A stretch of DNA of 60,884 bases, counting the filler, from Catajapyx aquilonaris (taxonomy: Eukaryota): the NCBI GenBank assembly GCA_000934665.2. It is 2 parts of 2 records of this genome, joined end to end, with 100 filler letters (N's around TTAATTAATTAA, not from the genome) between each part and the next. Parts side by side here need not be neighbours in the genome. Positions count along the whole stretch, not along the records: positions 1 to 30,450 come from JYFJ02004647.1; 1 more part is not named here. The stretch is one strand, 5' to 3'. Positions 1-11,949 of this stretch are shown here, piece by piece. The notes beneath the pieces are model-generated. The model did not search any database. It was not told the DNA's origin and was given only the letters and a program-made list of their open reading frames with translations. Both the position numbers and the translations under genes were made by a program. Position 1 is the first letter of the stretch; every line of letters begins with the position of its first letter.

Positions 1-8
1 CCTTCCTC

Positions 9-624
9 AAAGGAGGGGGGAATGCCTCAGGACTCGTACATGCTGATGACGTACTCGGCCTTTTTCCCATGTATACTTAACGTGTTAATGTTGGTGCCGC
101 GAGTTGGCCGAGCCCGTCTGGTGAGTCGCCAGTTCCGCGGAGGCCGGAGAGGTTCGGGAACCAAGCAATACGGCAGAGATAGGGCACTCGAGGCTCTCAG
201 TTATTAGCTCTTGGTCCTATTTATCAGCAAATTTGCTGTAGGTTGCTACTATTACTGTACTACTAAAGTTTGGCACGACTGTTTTCTGCCAAACTCAAAT
301 TGCAACCGAACATATTGATATCTGTGTTCGGAGCCTCTATATTTACGAATATTTTAACGAGCGTTGCATTTAATTTCCTCTACATAGAAATGCATACCTT
401 TTTTTGTGTGAGTCAATGTACGGTATTATTTTTTCCTGGTATTTGACACAGTCATGAATTTATCTGATTTACTTAAGTGATTTTTTTTAATAACTTGCAA
501 TTTCTCGTCGTTTACTGCAGTTTCTAGCTTTTGCCTACTAGCTGACCATGAATAAAAATTAACTGCCAAATTAACTAGATTGCATATTGCCTAATAAATA
601 TTAATGTGAAGTTGAGTGCGGGCA
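9..624 (+). mobile_element. Candidate polypurine tract plus 3' LTR of an LTR retrotransposon
   Basis: AAAGGAGGGGGGAA (9-22) directly precedes TGCC at 23. An AT-rich body with AATAAA (551) ends in a possible inverted terminus GGCA (621-624). The right boundary is ambiguous because it overlaps the next hairpin. Confidence 0.4.
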
Positions 625-754
625 CCTTCCAAGGTCATGTCCACATCCGGTCTGTGATGGTCAATTCCCCTCCTCGATCCTCATAATTATGGCCCCCATA
701 ATTATGAGGATTGACCATCAGAGACTGGATGTGGACATGACCTTGGAAGGATGC
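622..754. repeat. Short imperfect palindrome (MITE-like hairpin)
   Basis: CCTTCCAAGGTCATGTCCACATCCGGTCTGTGATGGTCAAT pairs with ATTGACCATCAGAGACTGGATGTGGACATGACCTTGGAAGG. There is also an inner stem ATCCTCATAATTAT/ATAATTATGAGGAT. Confidence 0.8.
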
Positions 755-2032
755 AACACCGCACCAAAAGTGGCAATACTGCATGATGACCCATCACCTC
801 TGGAATGCAGAGGGTGGAACCTGTTGTTGACAATTTAAAACTGAAAATGATAATTTCGAAACTGAAAAATTGAGCAGCATCCACATGAATTTACACCTAG
901 AGTTATTTTGACATTCATTTTTTTTTTTTTCATCAATTGACCCCCTGTGACGAGGCTAGCAAAGGCATTTTGCTATGTGCTATGATGATTTTCGTCCCCT
1001 TCTCTGCCAGCCACAGGTTAGAGAGGTGAGAGGTTAGAGGCTACTTTTTCTCCCCGATCCTTCCCTCCCTGTCCACCTCATTCCCTCAGGACCCCTGTTG
1101 CCAAGAGTACCCTTTGGGAAGGGAAGAGTCCCTGTGGGAAGGAGAGGGGATGGTTGGGAGGGATTGCAACGCTACTGGGTTGGGTTGGGGGGAAGGAAAG
1201 CCATTGTGGGTGGCCCCAAACTGGTGCAAGTGGAGCTGAAGAATGGACGTTGAAGGAAGCAGGGGCAGGACCAGGGGCAGGCCACAGGTTGGTGCACGCA
1301 CTGGGGGCAAGTGTAGGGTGGGGCTCGGGAGGTTGTTTTAGCGCAAGTTGGGGCATGCTTTTCTTGCCCTGTGCATGGTTTGAAGGCGTGTGGGCCTGTC
1401 TGCTGGGATTGTAACGTTGTGGCTTTGTTTTGCAGCATGGAAGTGACTTATTCAGCCACCACACCGAAACTGAGGGGTTGGACGTGGCCAGGCTGACTGT
1501 GGCCTACATCGGCATAGCTTCCAGATGCGGCCGGTGTGTACTGCTAAAGGGCCAGTTGGTAAGTACGGTGCTAATTCCACTTGTTTTCAGGATTCAGTTG
1601 ATGCCAGAAATTTACGTACCGGTAATTTTTTAAGTAACTGCAGATTTCGATGAGGGCCTCGTAGCATTAGCACTTGAACCGATTAATTGTTAGCCAAACA
1701 ATTTTGTTTTGCTCTTAAAAATCGCAAATGCCACCAATTGTAGGTTTTGCGAGAGGAAAGTAGTGCTCGATGAACATTCCACATGTGATTTATCGTCACT
1801 CTTTGTGGCCGCACTAGGGCAGGGTTTGTCCATTAGCGGGATAATTTTATTTAATTGCTGAGATATGGGCACTTATGCGGGTTATGTACCTTTTAATATT
1901 TCTGTATGGTTGTGGTGCAGCAGGCCAATGAACATGATTGCGACTTTGCCATCGCAGGCATCACGTGCATTCAGTTGTGCTGTCGAAAGGCCCGTCGAAA
2001 CGAGTGTGTTCACGTGCACAAGGCCGCCCCAG

Positions 2033-2216
2033 TTTCCCCCCTCTTCTTTCCAACCGCCCAGACCAAGTGTGACACAATAGGACGGAAGCCCGCAAATACA
2101 TTATAAATGTTGGACCAGTTCAACTTTTCTCGTGGACTTGTAGACTCCCAGCCAATCGCGTCACACTTGGTCTGGAGGGTTGGGAGTTGGAAGGAAAGGG
2201 GGGGGGGGGGGGGAAA
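2033..2216. repeat. Imperfect inverted repeat, probably the core of a degraded MITE
   Basis: TTTCCCCCC...CCAGACCAAGTGTGAC (2033-2073) pairs with GTCACACTTGGTCTGG...GGGGGAAA (2160-2216). Confidence 0.65.
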
Positions 2217-2951
2217 TAGATGGGGATTAGTCTCAGATATATTNAAGCCGTACACATGTAGCGAGTTACTCGGCCGAGTAGGGGATTACGATTGCGCAGC
2301 AGCCTACTCACCCTCCAACTAGCCCTGTGAATCGGCCTGAAACCTATTTGGGAGGCGAATGAGCATGCACAGTACACAGTAGGCTCTTGCCGCCCGCTCA
2401 GCCTTCCGCCGAATTTGTGTAGCGGCCTTAAGACTGTATTTTGTGTCGATACGGACTGTACAGGGTGTATCAGAGTCACAGGTCAAGTGTGCGCGAGGGG
2501 GTGGGGAGAAATCTTAGGTGGCGATAACCCTGGTCGGTTTTATAAAACAATTAGAAATAAAAGAGTGATCGATTTTTTATTACGGTGTGACGTCTCATCC
2601 TTTCCGTTCGAATTGAAAGGCGCAGAAAGGCGAGTACGGTGCGTACAGCGGCTCTCTAGCTGTGCCCGTTGCACTGAACAAGGCGCTCTCATGCTCTTCC
2701 GCCTTCCCATGCAAAGCATGGGGCCGTGGTTGGACCTCGGCAACCCCTCATGACGACCTGCCCATGCAATGGTGCACCAGGAAATGGCGGAGGATGTCGA
2801 GCACCGATGTCTCTGTGCAAGTGTACAGGCAGGAATGACAGTACGCATACTGTGTAGGCGGCGCCCTCATAGAAAAATCGCGAATAATGTTTCTTGCGGT
2901 GGACAGACAGCTGGGTCAGGCCGGTACATTGCGAGGCAGGCGAGGTACGTA

Positions 2952-3547
2952 CAGTAGTACAATGTGTTGTACCTGCTGTCCAACAAGAATTGTCGCAGCG
3001 GCAGCGCACGAACTACAGTCTCTCGTGTCCCTGTACTCGTAGATTGTAGTTCGTGCGCTGCCGCTGCGACAATTCTTGTCGGACTGATGGTACACCTGTA
3101 CTGTAGCACAGCACTGCACTGGCTGGATAATGGCTGTGTACAGTAGTGCGGTACTGTAACAGTACTGTATCGCACAATGCACCTCTGACCGCACATACCA
3201 TGGTAATGGAGGAAGACATTCTGGACATGGTAGCCATGGACCCATCGATCAGCACCCGTGAAGTCGGTATGCGTACTGTCATTATGCATACTGTGACTAC
3301 AACAAATGCTGGAACTGGCGCCCATTCGCTTGGATGCTGTCATGGATGATCCTTCACACATTGGAATGAATGCTGTGCACTCAACGACCGACTTCACGGG
3401 TGCTGATCGATGGGTCCATGGCCAGAACGTCTGACTCCATTGCCATGGTACGTGTGGTCCGAGGTGCATTGTGCGATACAGTACTGTTACAGTATCGTAC
3501 ACTACTGTACACAGGCATTATCCGGCCAGTGCAGTGCTGTACTACTG
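2952..3547. mobile_element. Nested MITE 1 (CAGTAGTACA termini, TA TSD) made of two tandem hairpins
   Basis: Termini are TA|CAGTAGTACA ... TGTACTACTG|TA. Internal palindromes span ~2977-3084 and ~3100-3547. One arm encodes MEEDILDMVAMDPSISTREVG, resembling the Tc1/mariner N-terminal HTH region. Confidence 0.8.
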
Positions 3548-3551
3548 TATA

Positions 3552-4131
3552 CAGGGTGGTCGGTAAATGGCGGACAAGCTTCATTTAGCGAGATTCCTCG
3601 TGAAAAATCAGTATATGGAAGTGAAGGTCATATTGCTCTATGATGCCTGGTTAGGGCTCACGAGGCCTCCAAAGTTTGGGCCAAATCATGACGTCACATC
3701 CGCCCGCGAAATTCAAACAGTACCGTATCGCTTCTGTCTGTGGTGCGTTGCCAGGGGTTGCCATGTTGACATCCCCCACATTTCCCCACAACAATGAAAC
3801 CGTATAAACTGGCTGGGACGTTGCCAGGCATTGCAATACCGTCGTCGCCGCGTGCCTGGCAACGTCCCCGACAGTTTATACGGTTTCATTGTTGTGTGGA
3901 AATGTGGGGGATGTCAACATGGCAACGCCTGGAAACACGGCGCGTACGGCAGCGATACGGTAGTGTTTGAATTTCGCGGGCGGATGTGACGTCATGATTT
4001 GGCCCAAACTTTGGAAGCCTCGTGAGCCCTAACCAGGCATCGTAGAGCAATATGACCTTCACTTCCATATACTGATTTTTCACAAGGAATCTCGCTACCT
4101 GAAGCTTGTCCGCCATTTACCGACCACCCTG
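3552..4131. mobile_element. Nested MITE 2, a near-perfect 580-bp palindrome (CAGGGTGG termini, TA TSD)
   Basis: Termini are TA|CAGGGTGGTCGGTAAATGGCGGACAAGCTTCA ... TGAAGCTTGTCCGCCATTTACCGACCACCCTG|TA. The ORF track shows mirror ORFs 3567-3797(+) and 3886-4116(-). Confidence 0.92.
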
Positions 4132-4849
4132 TATACCTGACGTATCTCGCCTGCCTCGCAATGTACTGGCCGGTACCGGCCTCACGCAGCAGTCTGTTTA
4201 CCGCAAGAAACATTTTCGCGATTTTTCGAAGAGGATGACGTCTACGTGGTATGCGTGCTCTCATTCCTGCCGGTACAGAGACATCGGTGCTCGACATCCT
4301 CCGCCATTTCTCGGTGCACTGTTGCATGAGCAGGTCCTGAAGAGGGGTTGCCGAGGTCCAAGCCCGGCCCCATGCTTTGAGTGGGAAGGCGGGAGAGCAT
4401 GAGAGCGCCTTGTTCAGTGCAACTGGCACGGCTAGAGAGCAGCTGTACGCACCGTACTCGCCTTTCCACGCCTCTCAATTCGAACAGAAAAGACGTGACA
4501 TCACGCCGTAATCAAAAATCGATTACTCCCTTATTTCTAATTGTTTTATGAAACCAACTGGGGTTATCGCCACCTACGATTTCTCCCCACCTCCTCGCTT
4601 GCGCTTGGCCCAAGACTCTGATACACCCTGTATATTCTAACTATACAGTTCCGTAGATTCCACTTACCTTATTGCGGGTTGGGTGAGTACAAAGAGGCAG
4701 CTGCTTGCAAGAAATGATGCATCCGCTCACGATGATCTGGATAGGCAAGTTGAAACATAAATTCGGCTAAATAGCCTACAAAATGATGGGTCCTTGGGCC
4801 ATATCTGTGTAATAAGATGTAAAATTGGCGTAAGGGTGGTATCACGTAT

Positions 4850-5200
4850 CACCAGGTGCCACCATTGGTTTAAATAAAGATATGGCCGCCGCGAGGAGCG
4901 ATGGAATGAATGTGTATACTTCGTGTTAATTTGTCTGCAACTTCAATTCTACACGGTTGTTTGCGCTCAAATTGCTTTTCCGCCACTTGGGAAAGTCAGC
5001 ACTACGTCCCTATGCACTTAGTTGAACAGTAAGTACCACGATAACGCTGTACGTCGCGCCCACCTAAACTTGATAATTACTCCACAAGATTCCCGTGGGG
5101 CCGCGCCAGCCGCAAATTCCAGGCTGGGGGAGACTTTTATATTAAGCAACCGTCACCATACTGCTAGATAGAGAGTTGCGGGGGGCTGGCGCACACCATC
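4850..5200 (+). promoter_or_regulatory. Candidate CpG-rich promoter / first exon
   Basis: Local CpG enrichment (ATGGCCGCCGCG, CGTCGCGCC, CCGCGCCAGCCGC) is followed by CpG-poor sequence. A GTAAGT donor lies at 5029. Confidence 0.3.
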
Positions 5201-8200
5201 TAGGATTGGCTGTGCTGGCGTGCTCAGTATGCATGTGCAGACTCTCACCTGTCCATTTAGAACATTTTGGTACAGTGCTGGACAGTAATTCGTTAATACT
5301 GCTAGGGACATTTTCGGATTTGGGAGAAGTGCACATTGAAGTTATCAGAGTGCGAGCCGGGTGAGTAAGAAATGATGGGGCTTGGGTGATGTCACCTGCT
5401 GGGCCTTTTCCCCCATTGCCCCCATTTTCCTTATTACACTGACATTTCACTGAGCTGACCCACATTTTTTTCCTCATGAGAAGGAACTTATTGCACTGCA
5501 TGGGAATCAGAGTGAGAATGAAGCTTGCCACATAAAGTTGCACAGATGTTGGCATTGACATTTTAAATATGAACCTACGACCTGTAATTTGGCGAAATAA
5601 TTCATTGTGATGAGCAGAGTAAATAACCTTACAGCAATCTTCTAATGCAACATTGTTTTCAGGTCATCCCATTATTGCTATGACCAGCTTAAGGGAAGAA
5701 ATCTGCTGCTGCCTACTGCTGTCATGAGCCAAGGTTATGCTGGGTAGGACCACTCATGAGGCACTTGCTGCACCTCTTGCAACATGTTTCGGTGGACATT
5801 CACTCCATTGTGTGCAGGTGAGAATTATTGGTTTAACCTCTGCATTTCTATTTCAGCTTATGATTTTCAGTCTTGAATGAAAACTCGGGCTACTCTGAAA
5901 CAAAGCATTTAATCTTCAGCTGGCAAGTGATTTCATAATTTTGCCACCAAAATCCAATATGCATTATGCACATGAGAATGTCAATAATAGTGACAGTATG
6001 ACATTTTTGGATGTGGGGGGAAAAAACGGAAATATGCACATGAACATATTTGGTGGCTTGACTCTGGGATTTGTTGCTGGAATGATTATAGCTTTTTACT
6101 TGGATGCATGTCAAAAACAAGCATCGGGTTTATTCCCATAATATCAGAGTAAGATGTGCACGAGTTTTTTTGGTTTTTTTTTTTACTTGTGCTTGCTTTG
6201 CGCATGTTCAGTAGTAGTAAGAAATACAAGGTCGGATTTAAAAGTTTTGCCTCCTAGGAAATTTTTTTTATGCATGATGTAAAAAACATTTTAAAGCAAG
6301 CTAATGCCAGTAAAAGCTCACTAGCAGTCTTGGTGTCCAAACAAACCGGATGTTTCAAATTAGCAACAGTGCTTTCCCTGACCCCAAATACCCATGGCAA
6401 ATTCATGATTGGCAGTTTTGCCTTTTTGCGCCTTCAGCTAGGAATCTTTTGAGGCTGCGATAGCTAATTTTTACAGAATTATACAGTAATGTACTGTATT
6501 TGTTTTGATTGACTTGCACATGCAATGTGGAAATATGGGTAGAGAACTAGAGTGTGATCAGTGCCTCTCATGAGTCGACCAATCGTCACAGGAGGTGGAA
6601 TTTTTTCTCTCTCTATGTGCCTCTTATAATACTGACCGAATTAAAGAGGCATAAAATATTTTACTTCAGCTGTTGATGTACATTTATAATACAAAAATGA
6701 TGCGAGGTTCTGTGGGAAGCCACGTTTCAAGTTAGGCATGGCTAAATAAGGTTTCAAACTGAGGGCTAGATTAGAAGTGGGATTTCATTGTTCTAAATTT
6801 TACTGCATTTTTTATACATTGCAAATTATGTTTGAATTTTCAGTGTGACCATGAGCTTTTTATTTTAATGAGATTTTGCCACCAAGTGATGAGACATTTA
6901 CACTGGTTGCCATTAGAGAGCCTCGACAAAGAGCGTCGCCACCTTCTGACTTCACATTGTCTGAATGGCTGCAGTAATTATGGACTGTTTACGTGTCCTG
7001 TGGAGGCTGCCATCTTGAGTTTATATGGAAATAGTGGCCTGCTCTGATGTCACGGCCCATTCCGATTTGACTCAGCCAGTACTACAGCCGATCGGAGTAT
7101 GCAGTGACATCAGAGCCGGCCACTATTTCCATATAAACGCAAGATGGCGGCCTCCATAGGACACGTAAACAGTTCACAATTACACCTGCCAATCAGAGAT
7201 GGTGTGAAGTCAGGAGTTGGCGACTCTCTTCGTAGAGCCTCTCCAGTTACCATGACCTCACCATAATTACGTTGTGTAATGGACACAACTGCTCTTATAA
7301 CCGTCATGCAAATCTCAAACTCTTTGCAAATTCCGAATATTGTAAAATTAGCCTAATATTGCAGTGAAAGTATCGCTCACTTCTGTAGTCTCAACCAGAC
7401 ATTACCAGCTCACATGTTGCGGGAAAGTGCCATGTTAGTAAAAGTCTGTTTATTGGGTAATTGCCCGACACTGAATGCTAATGTCGTCCTCTTTCTCTTT
7501 GACAGGTTGTATGGATGTGCCGCCAAAGCCCCAGTCGATGCTACCAGTATGCCAGCAAGCAGACCAACTGATAACCTTGGTTTGGGTCACCACACTTGAA
7601 GCTTATTGCCTGAATGTCACAAAACTGGATACTACAGGGTGGTTCTCGAATTGACATTTTCATGTGCAAACATCCAGTGGCAGCGATGGGCATCGTTTGG
7701 TCAAGTTGCCTTCCAGAGTTCTACCTGAATGCACCTACCCATTGGTGCAGCCAACAAGCTGTGCTCCAGTGCCGTTTTCTGCCAAAGTACGCCCGCATTC
7801 AACAACTTCAAGCACCAAGCGTGTGCCAGATTCTGATGCAATTCCAGTGCACTGGTCTGTTAGCCTCCGTGCTTGCTAAGTTAACTCAACAACAAAGAAG
7901 ACACATTCTGGGAGCTGGTTACGTTTTATATAACCAATGGATTTGGTTTTCAATTATCTGCCCATGTGCTGGAGGACTGAGTGAAACAACTAGGAGGAGC
8001 AACGTGGAGAAGAGGCCTCTGGGACAATGGGGAAGGGAAGGGCTTCAATCCCCCAACCATCAAGAGATCCCTTGCGGGATGCTGGCGGGGACAACGTGAA
8101 GATGGCAGTTGGGAAGAAGACCGAGGGGCCTAATCCGCGCCTTCTCCTCGTTCAAGAATAGATGCGACAGACAGAGTTAGACGACCACCTGTAAATCTGC

Positions 8201-8400
8201 ACCTACATCAACTGCCACACAGCAGCTCATGGATCATCCACCAGTCCTCAAAGGGACAATGGACAAGTCATGCGTCGCCATTCCGCAGTACCCTGTTGGC
8301 TGGCAATACCTCTCGGCTGTGGTACTGCATCCGCCTTTTGTGATACTGGGCTGACTTGTTGCCAAGTTGATCAAATCCACTGACCCTTCAGCATTTACAA
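4900..8400 (+). ncRNA. Candidate spliced non-coding 5' leader (lncRNA or piRNA precursor)
   Basis: Donors: GTAAGT 5029, G|GTGAGT 5361, CAG|GTGAGA 5818. Acceptors with a CTAAT branch point and pyrimidine tract end at 5662 (TGTTTTCAG) and 7505 (CTCTTTCTCTTTGACAG). Exon 5663-5817 has stops in all three frames. Confidence 0.35.
6914..7245. mobile_element. hAT-type palindromic MITE
   Basis: Termini are TAGAGAG ... CTCTCCA with ~150-bp inverted arms. The 8-bp TSD is GTTGCCAT (6906-6913) / GTTACCAT (7246-7253), one mismatch. Confidence 0.8.
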
Positions 8401-8479
8401 AGTCACACCCAAATATGATATTTATTTATTTTGTTTGCCCCGTGATAGAGCAGTGCTCTCTTGGGGGACAGCAGAAAAT

Positions 8480-9300
8480 TCTATACTCTTAACAACATTC
8501 AGAAAAAAATTATGGACACTCCCAAATGTGATATTGTGTTGATGGAGTCAGTCCATGCATCAGCAGACAAAGAAAAAAAAAACTCGCATGATTTCACATT
8601 TGCCAGGAGCTTTCATTACGTAACAGGTTTCATCCACACTGTCGGAGTTTCTTTCTTCCAGGCACCTGACGTTTTCTGGCTAGAAATTTCACAAAGTTGT
8701 GAAAAGCCACTCTTATCAATGCCAAATGGTAAACAGTGTCCTCAAATTATAATTATTTGCAGATGTAAAAATTTCTGTGTGTCTGTCTTATAGTGCAGAG
8801 GCAGGAAAAATGAGTGCGCCACTGGGGTTAACAATAACAAGTTACAATGTGGTTGTTTATGTAGGCTAGCTTAAAGCTCAGGGAATGTCTTCATGATGCC
8901 TGTATGTGATTGTGCACAGTTGCATTGCATCAGTGAATAATTCGGCATGGTAACTTAGCAATCTTTGAAATGTTGGTTTCAAATGGAATATCTACCCTAC
9001 AGGTTGCGAAACCTTAATTATTATTGAATCGATGCATTTCAGAAGCCATTTTCATATCATATGTGACATAAATTATTGACCAGGAATTTCGCTGGTTCGG
9101 CCATTGCTTGCATGATTCAGGGCAGTTTGGTGTTGGATGGAATTTTGAGCAAGGCTGTATAACTCTTGGAATGCACGAGAGGCAATGGAAGTGGTTCTTG
9201 GCCAGTCGGGGTCTCGCTTTCTCCACGAGGTACCCAAATATCTGATGGCCCTCCTCTTTCCCCGGACAACCTCCCTAGGGAGCCATTCCTTTTGTCATGC
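8480..9300 (-). pseudogene. Possible KDZ (Zisupton-like) transposase N-terminal relic
   Basis: Frameshifted pieces HFHCLSC, NNYNLRTLFT and CLLMHGLTPS..NITFG resemble the CxC and first-Asp region of KDZ transposases. Confidence 0.3.
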
Positions 9301-9667
9301 CTCTTCTTGGGGACCAACACAGAAATGCTGCATCAGTTCTCGTTGCACTCCCGTCATGTTGCGGTAGGTGGACATTTGTGCAGGAGTGATGACGGCTGTT
9401 GATCTGGCAGGAATGGCCTCTCTTTCCTGTAGTTCAGGCGGCATAAAGTTGACGGGTGGTCCTGCGTCGATGAAGGCCCAAAAGTTAGTACAGGGGGTAC
9501 AAGGAGATGATGAAGCACAATGCAATCACGTCCATTGTTCCGTGATTATATTACACAGGTATCTCTCAGAAACTGTAAGAACTCAACTTAAAGTGGTGAC
9601 TTCTTTGACAGCCAAAGCAGAAATGCCATCAAATGTTTGTGTAGACTGTAGAGCAATGTTTCCTCCC

Positions 9668-10047
9668 TTATGCTTTTAGGAACACATTGACAGAATAATT
9701 GCCACCTCCAAAAAGCTCTCTACACATTGGCTGGGTTAGTGTGACAGTATTATTTACTGTGGTTTCGAGTAACCTCTTAAGGCTGTAAGCGATATTCTTC
9801 GTTGTACGTGTGTGATTCAATATTTTTCCAAGCCATACAATTAGGCCACCAGACTGGCTTATTTGCTTCCTGGTTTCCTCCCAGTGATTTTTTAATATGA
9901 TTTTACTCGCTGAGCAGATGCTGCATTTGAAGTCATCAGCATCCATGCACCTTTCGTGAAACACCCTGTGACAGGTGTTGCAGTCGACCACGTGGTTTCC
10001 TCCCAGTGCTATCATGTCTGGAATAAATGACAGCAGCTCCTTCTGCG
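9668..10047 (-). pseudogene. PHD-finger-containing ORF fragment, copy 1
   Basis: GGNHVVDCNTCHRVFHERCMDADDFKCSICS fits the C-terminal three-quarters of a Cys4-His-Cys3 PHD finger. Confidence 0.7.
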
Positions 10048-11100
10048 TCATCCTGTGTCATCCAGTAGTAAAAGGATGTCTTTTTGCAGATCCTTGTTCC
10101 TACTTTTTCTCCGGAATTCTATTGAACTTAGCTTTGGATCCGAACTAAGAAGTAGCCTGCAGAAAAGTTCTTCGTTGGTTTTCATATGCGAATGTTTTAA
10201 GAGTGTGGTGTCCACAAAACGCCGCATGTCGTTATTTTTTTGCTGCTTGAGTCTCTTCTGATAGTTCTCTAATTGGAATGACTGCGTCCTTAACTCATTT
10301 GGAATGGAGTGATGTTTGTGGATACATCCTGCGTAAATTCTTGGCACAGGTTATCTTCAACGTATTATCCTGGTAAAACTCCAGCACCTTTTTATCCCAC
10401 ACTTTTGTAACAACTATCATAGCAACCTTAGAGTTGTATGTGCTGATTATATTACCCTTGTCACTAACTCAAGAAAACTCAAGAGTGTTGTGCCTGAGTA
10501 CTGATATTAATGACTTAAAGTCGAATAAAATTCTGTAAAATCAAATGTGCCTGAGACAGCTGAAGACAAGCCAAAGTTGATAGGACCTGACCGGGGAGGC
10601 AAATCTTCTTTGTGAAATGCACTGCGCCACCCGTGCGACCATATCGAAAATCGTCGGCTGCACATAACACTGGCCTGTAGGGTTAAAGGGCCAGAAGGAA
10701 TGTTATACGATAAATAACAATCGCAATGCAACAGTAGTTTGCTGTATGTACATTTGCAATCCCCTGTAAGTTGAATGTCAGCAGTAACTTGCGACAAGCC
10801 ACCCTAGATATCCAATCATTGGGGTCGCGACGACCGCATGGACTTGGCCAATATCCACCAATTCGTCCTGCAGCCATTGGCAGCTGCTGGCTCTTCTGCT
10901 GGCCTGTTATCCAATGCGGAATGTTTGGAGGCTCTTGTGGCAAACTGCCCGTCCTTACAACGGATTTGACTTGAATAGGTCCTCCAGTTTTGCTGTGCTG
11001 CGGCTAGCATTGTCTTGTTCTGCTGCCATCACAAAATCTTCAACCCAACGAATGCAGCCAATACGTTAAAAATAACCCCTAAAAGTAACTACTTGAAGCA
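10048..11100 (-). pseudogene. Transib transposase relic (copy Y)
   Basis: Motifs in the expected order: FCDGS (11022-11036), VTADIQLT, NFGLSS (~10570), IPIRELSEETQ (~10250-10280), TNEELFCRLLLSSDPKLSS. These match Transib CDGS / LTMxDGK / FGLS / PIGQLSEEAQE / RLLxSSDP. Many frameshifts. Confidence 0.8.
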
Positions 11101-11399
11101 ATCAATCAATTGAATTTCAGTATTTCCTAGTTCAATTGATACTTTCAGGTACTCTGGTTTGGTGCTAACATAATTCTCCAGTTAGTCAGGTGCAGGTAGT
11201 CTGACTTATTATTCTGCCTGTGAGCCTGGAACCATGCGTCAAGCAGCCATGCTGAATAATATTAAGTTCCTTATACATGGGGGTCATTTTCGAGATTGTG
11301 CTCGCTAGATTTTCTTTTGCATTATGGCTTGGGACGGAGCATCATTGAAGTTTCCGATCAAGAACTCTCTTCTCCTTAGTCGCTGGGCAGCATATTATC

Positions 11400-11800
11400 T
11401 GGTTGAGTTACTCGACTCCCTTGATGAATCGCCGTGCCTTCTCATCACCAGTGTGGGTGAAGTTTCCGAAAGTTGTGACGTGAACAGTCGGGTCACCTTT
11501 ACGGACATTTTGCTGCTTGATAATAAGAGCGATGGGCAATATTAGAGATGATCCCTCATCAGCTGTCCACGCTTGCATTGTAATCGTAACATTTTTCTTC
11601 TGCATGTATCCAGCAAGGCTTGCAGCTCCTTTGGTGAAAGGAAGGAAGGAAATTGACATGCCAAAGGTTCATTGGTTCAGGTGTGTGTATCACATGCGTC
11701 GGGTCGGTCACTGATATATAAATGCTGGAATAACTGAAAAGTTCGGGTATATTTGGTGGACGCATGCAATAATAATTATTTAAAAAATCCAAGCCATTTC
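11400..11800 (-). pseudogene. Possible PWWP-like chromatin-reader fragment
   Basis: QAW..LILPIALII...VHVTTFGNFTH loosely matches the PWWP pattern W-x-PA-x-V-x-FFG. The match is weak. Confidence 0.2.
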
Positions 11801-11949
11801 ATGTGCATCTAGTGGACTGATACACAGGTGCTCCCCAGACGTGTTATTCCCGGTTGGTTTCCACTGGCACAGACCATTCTGTCTTCTCCTAATGTGTATA
11901 TGACCTGCATCTCATAATGCCATCATGCGTCGTTCTTTCCTCCTGTAGC

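Larger units (their letters stand above)
2461..4630. mobile_element. Tc1/mariner-type foldback MITE (outer element, ~500-bp arms)
   Basis: Termini are TA|CAGGGTGTATCAGAGTC ... GACTCTGATACACCCTG|TA, with a TA TSD. Arms 2461-2949 and 4134-4630 are imperfect reverse complements along their whole length. Confidence 0.9.

Noticed and set aside
1078..1464. Overlapping Pro/Gly-rich ORFs
   Set aside because: Low-complexity G-rich sequence with no recognisable domain.
1807..2427. Harbinger-type MITE with GGCCGC ends
   Set aside because: Only 6 bp of terminal match and no matching 3-bp TSD on the left; only the internal hairpin was kept.
6189..6205. GTGCTTGCTT resembling the 5' end of U6 (a Dada target)
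   Set aside because: It diverges immediately, has no ACAGAGA box, and is far from the Dada pieces.
7614..8099. 161-aa + strand ORF as a real gene
   Set aside because: No recognisable domain or homology visible; its length is within the range of chance ORFs here.
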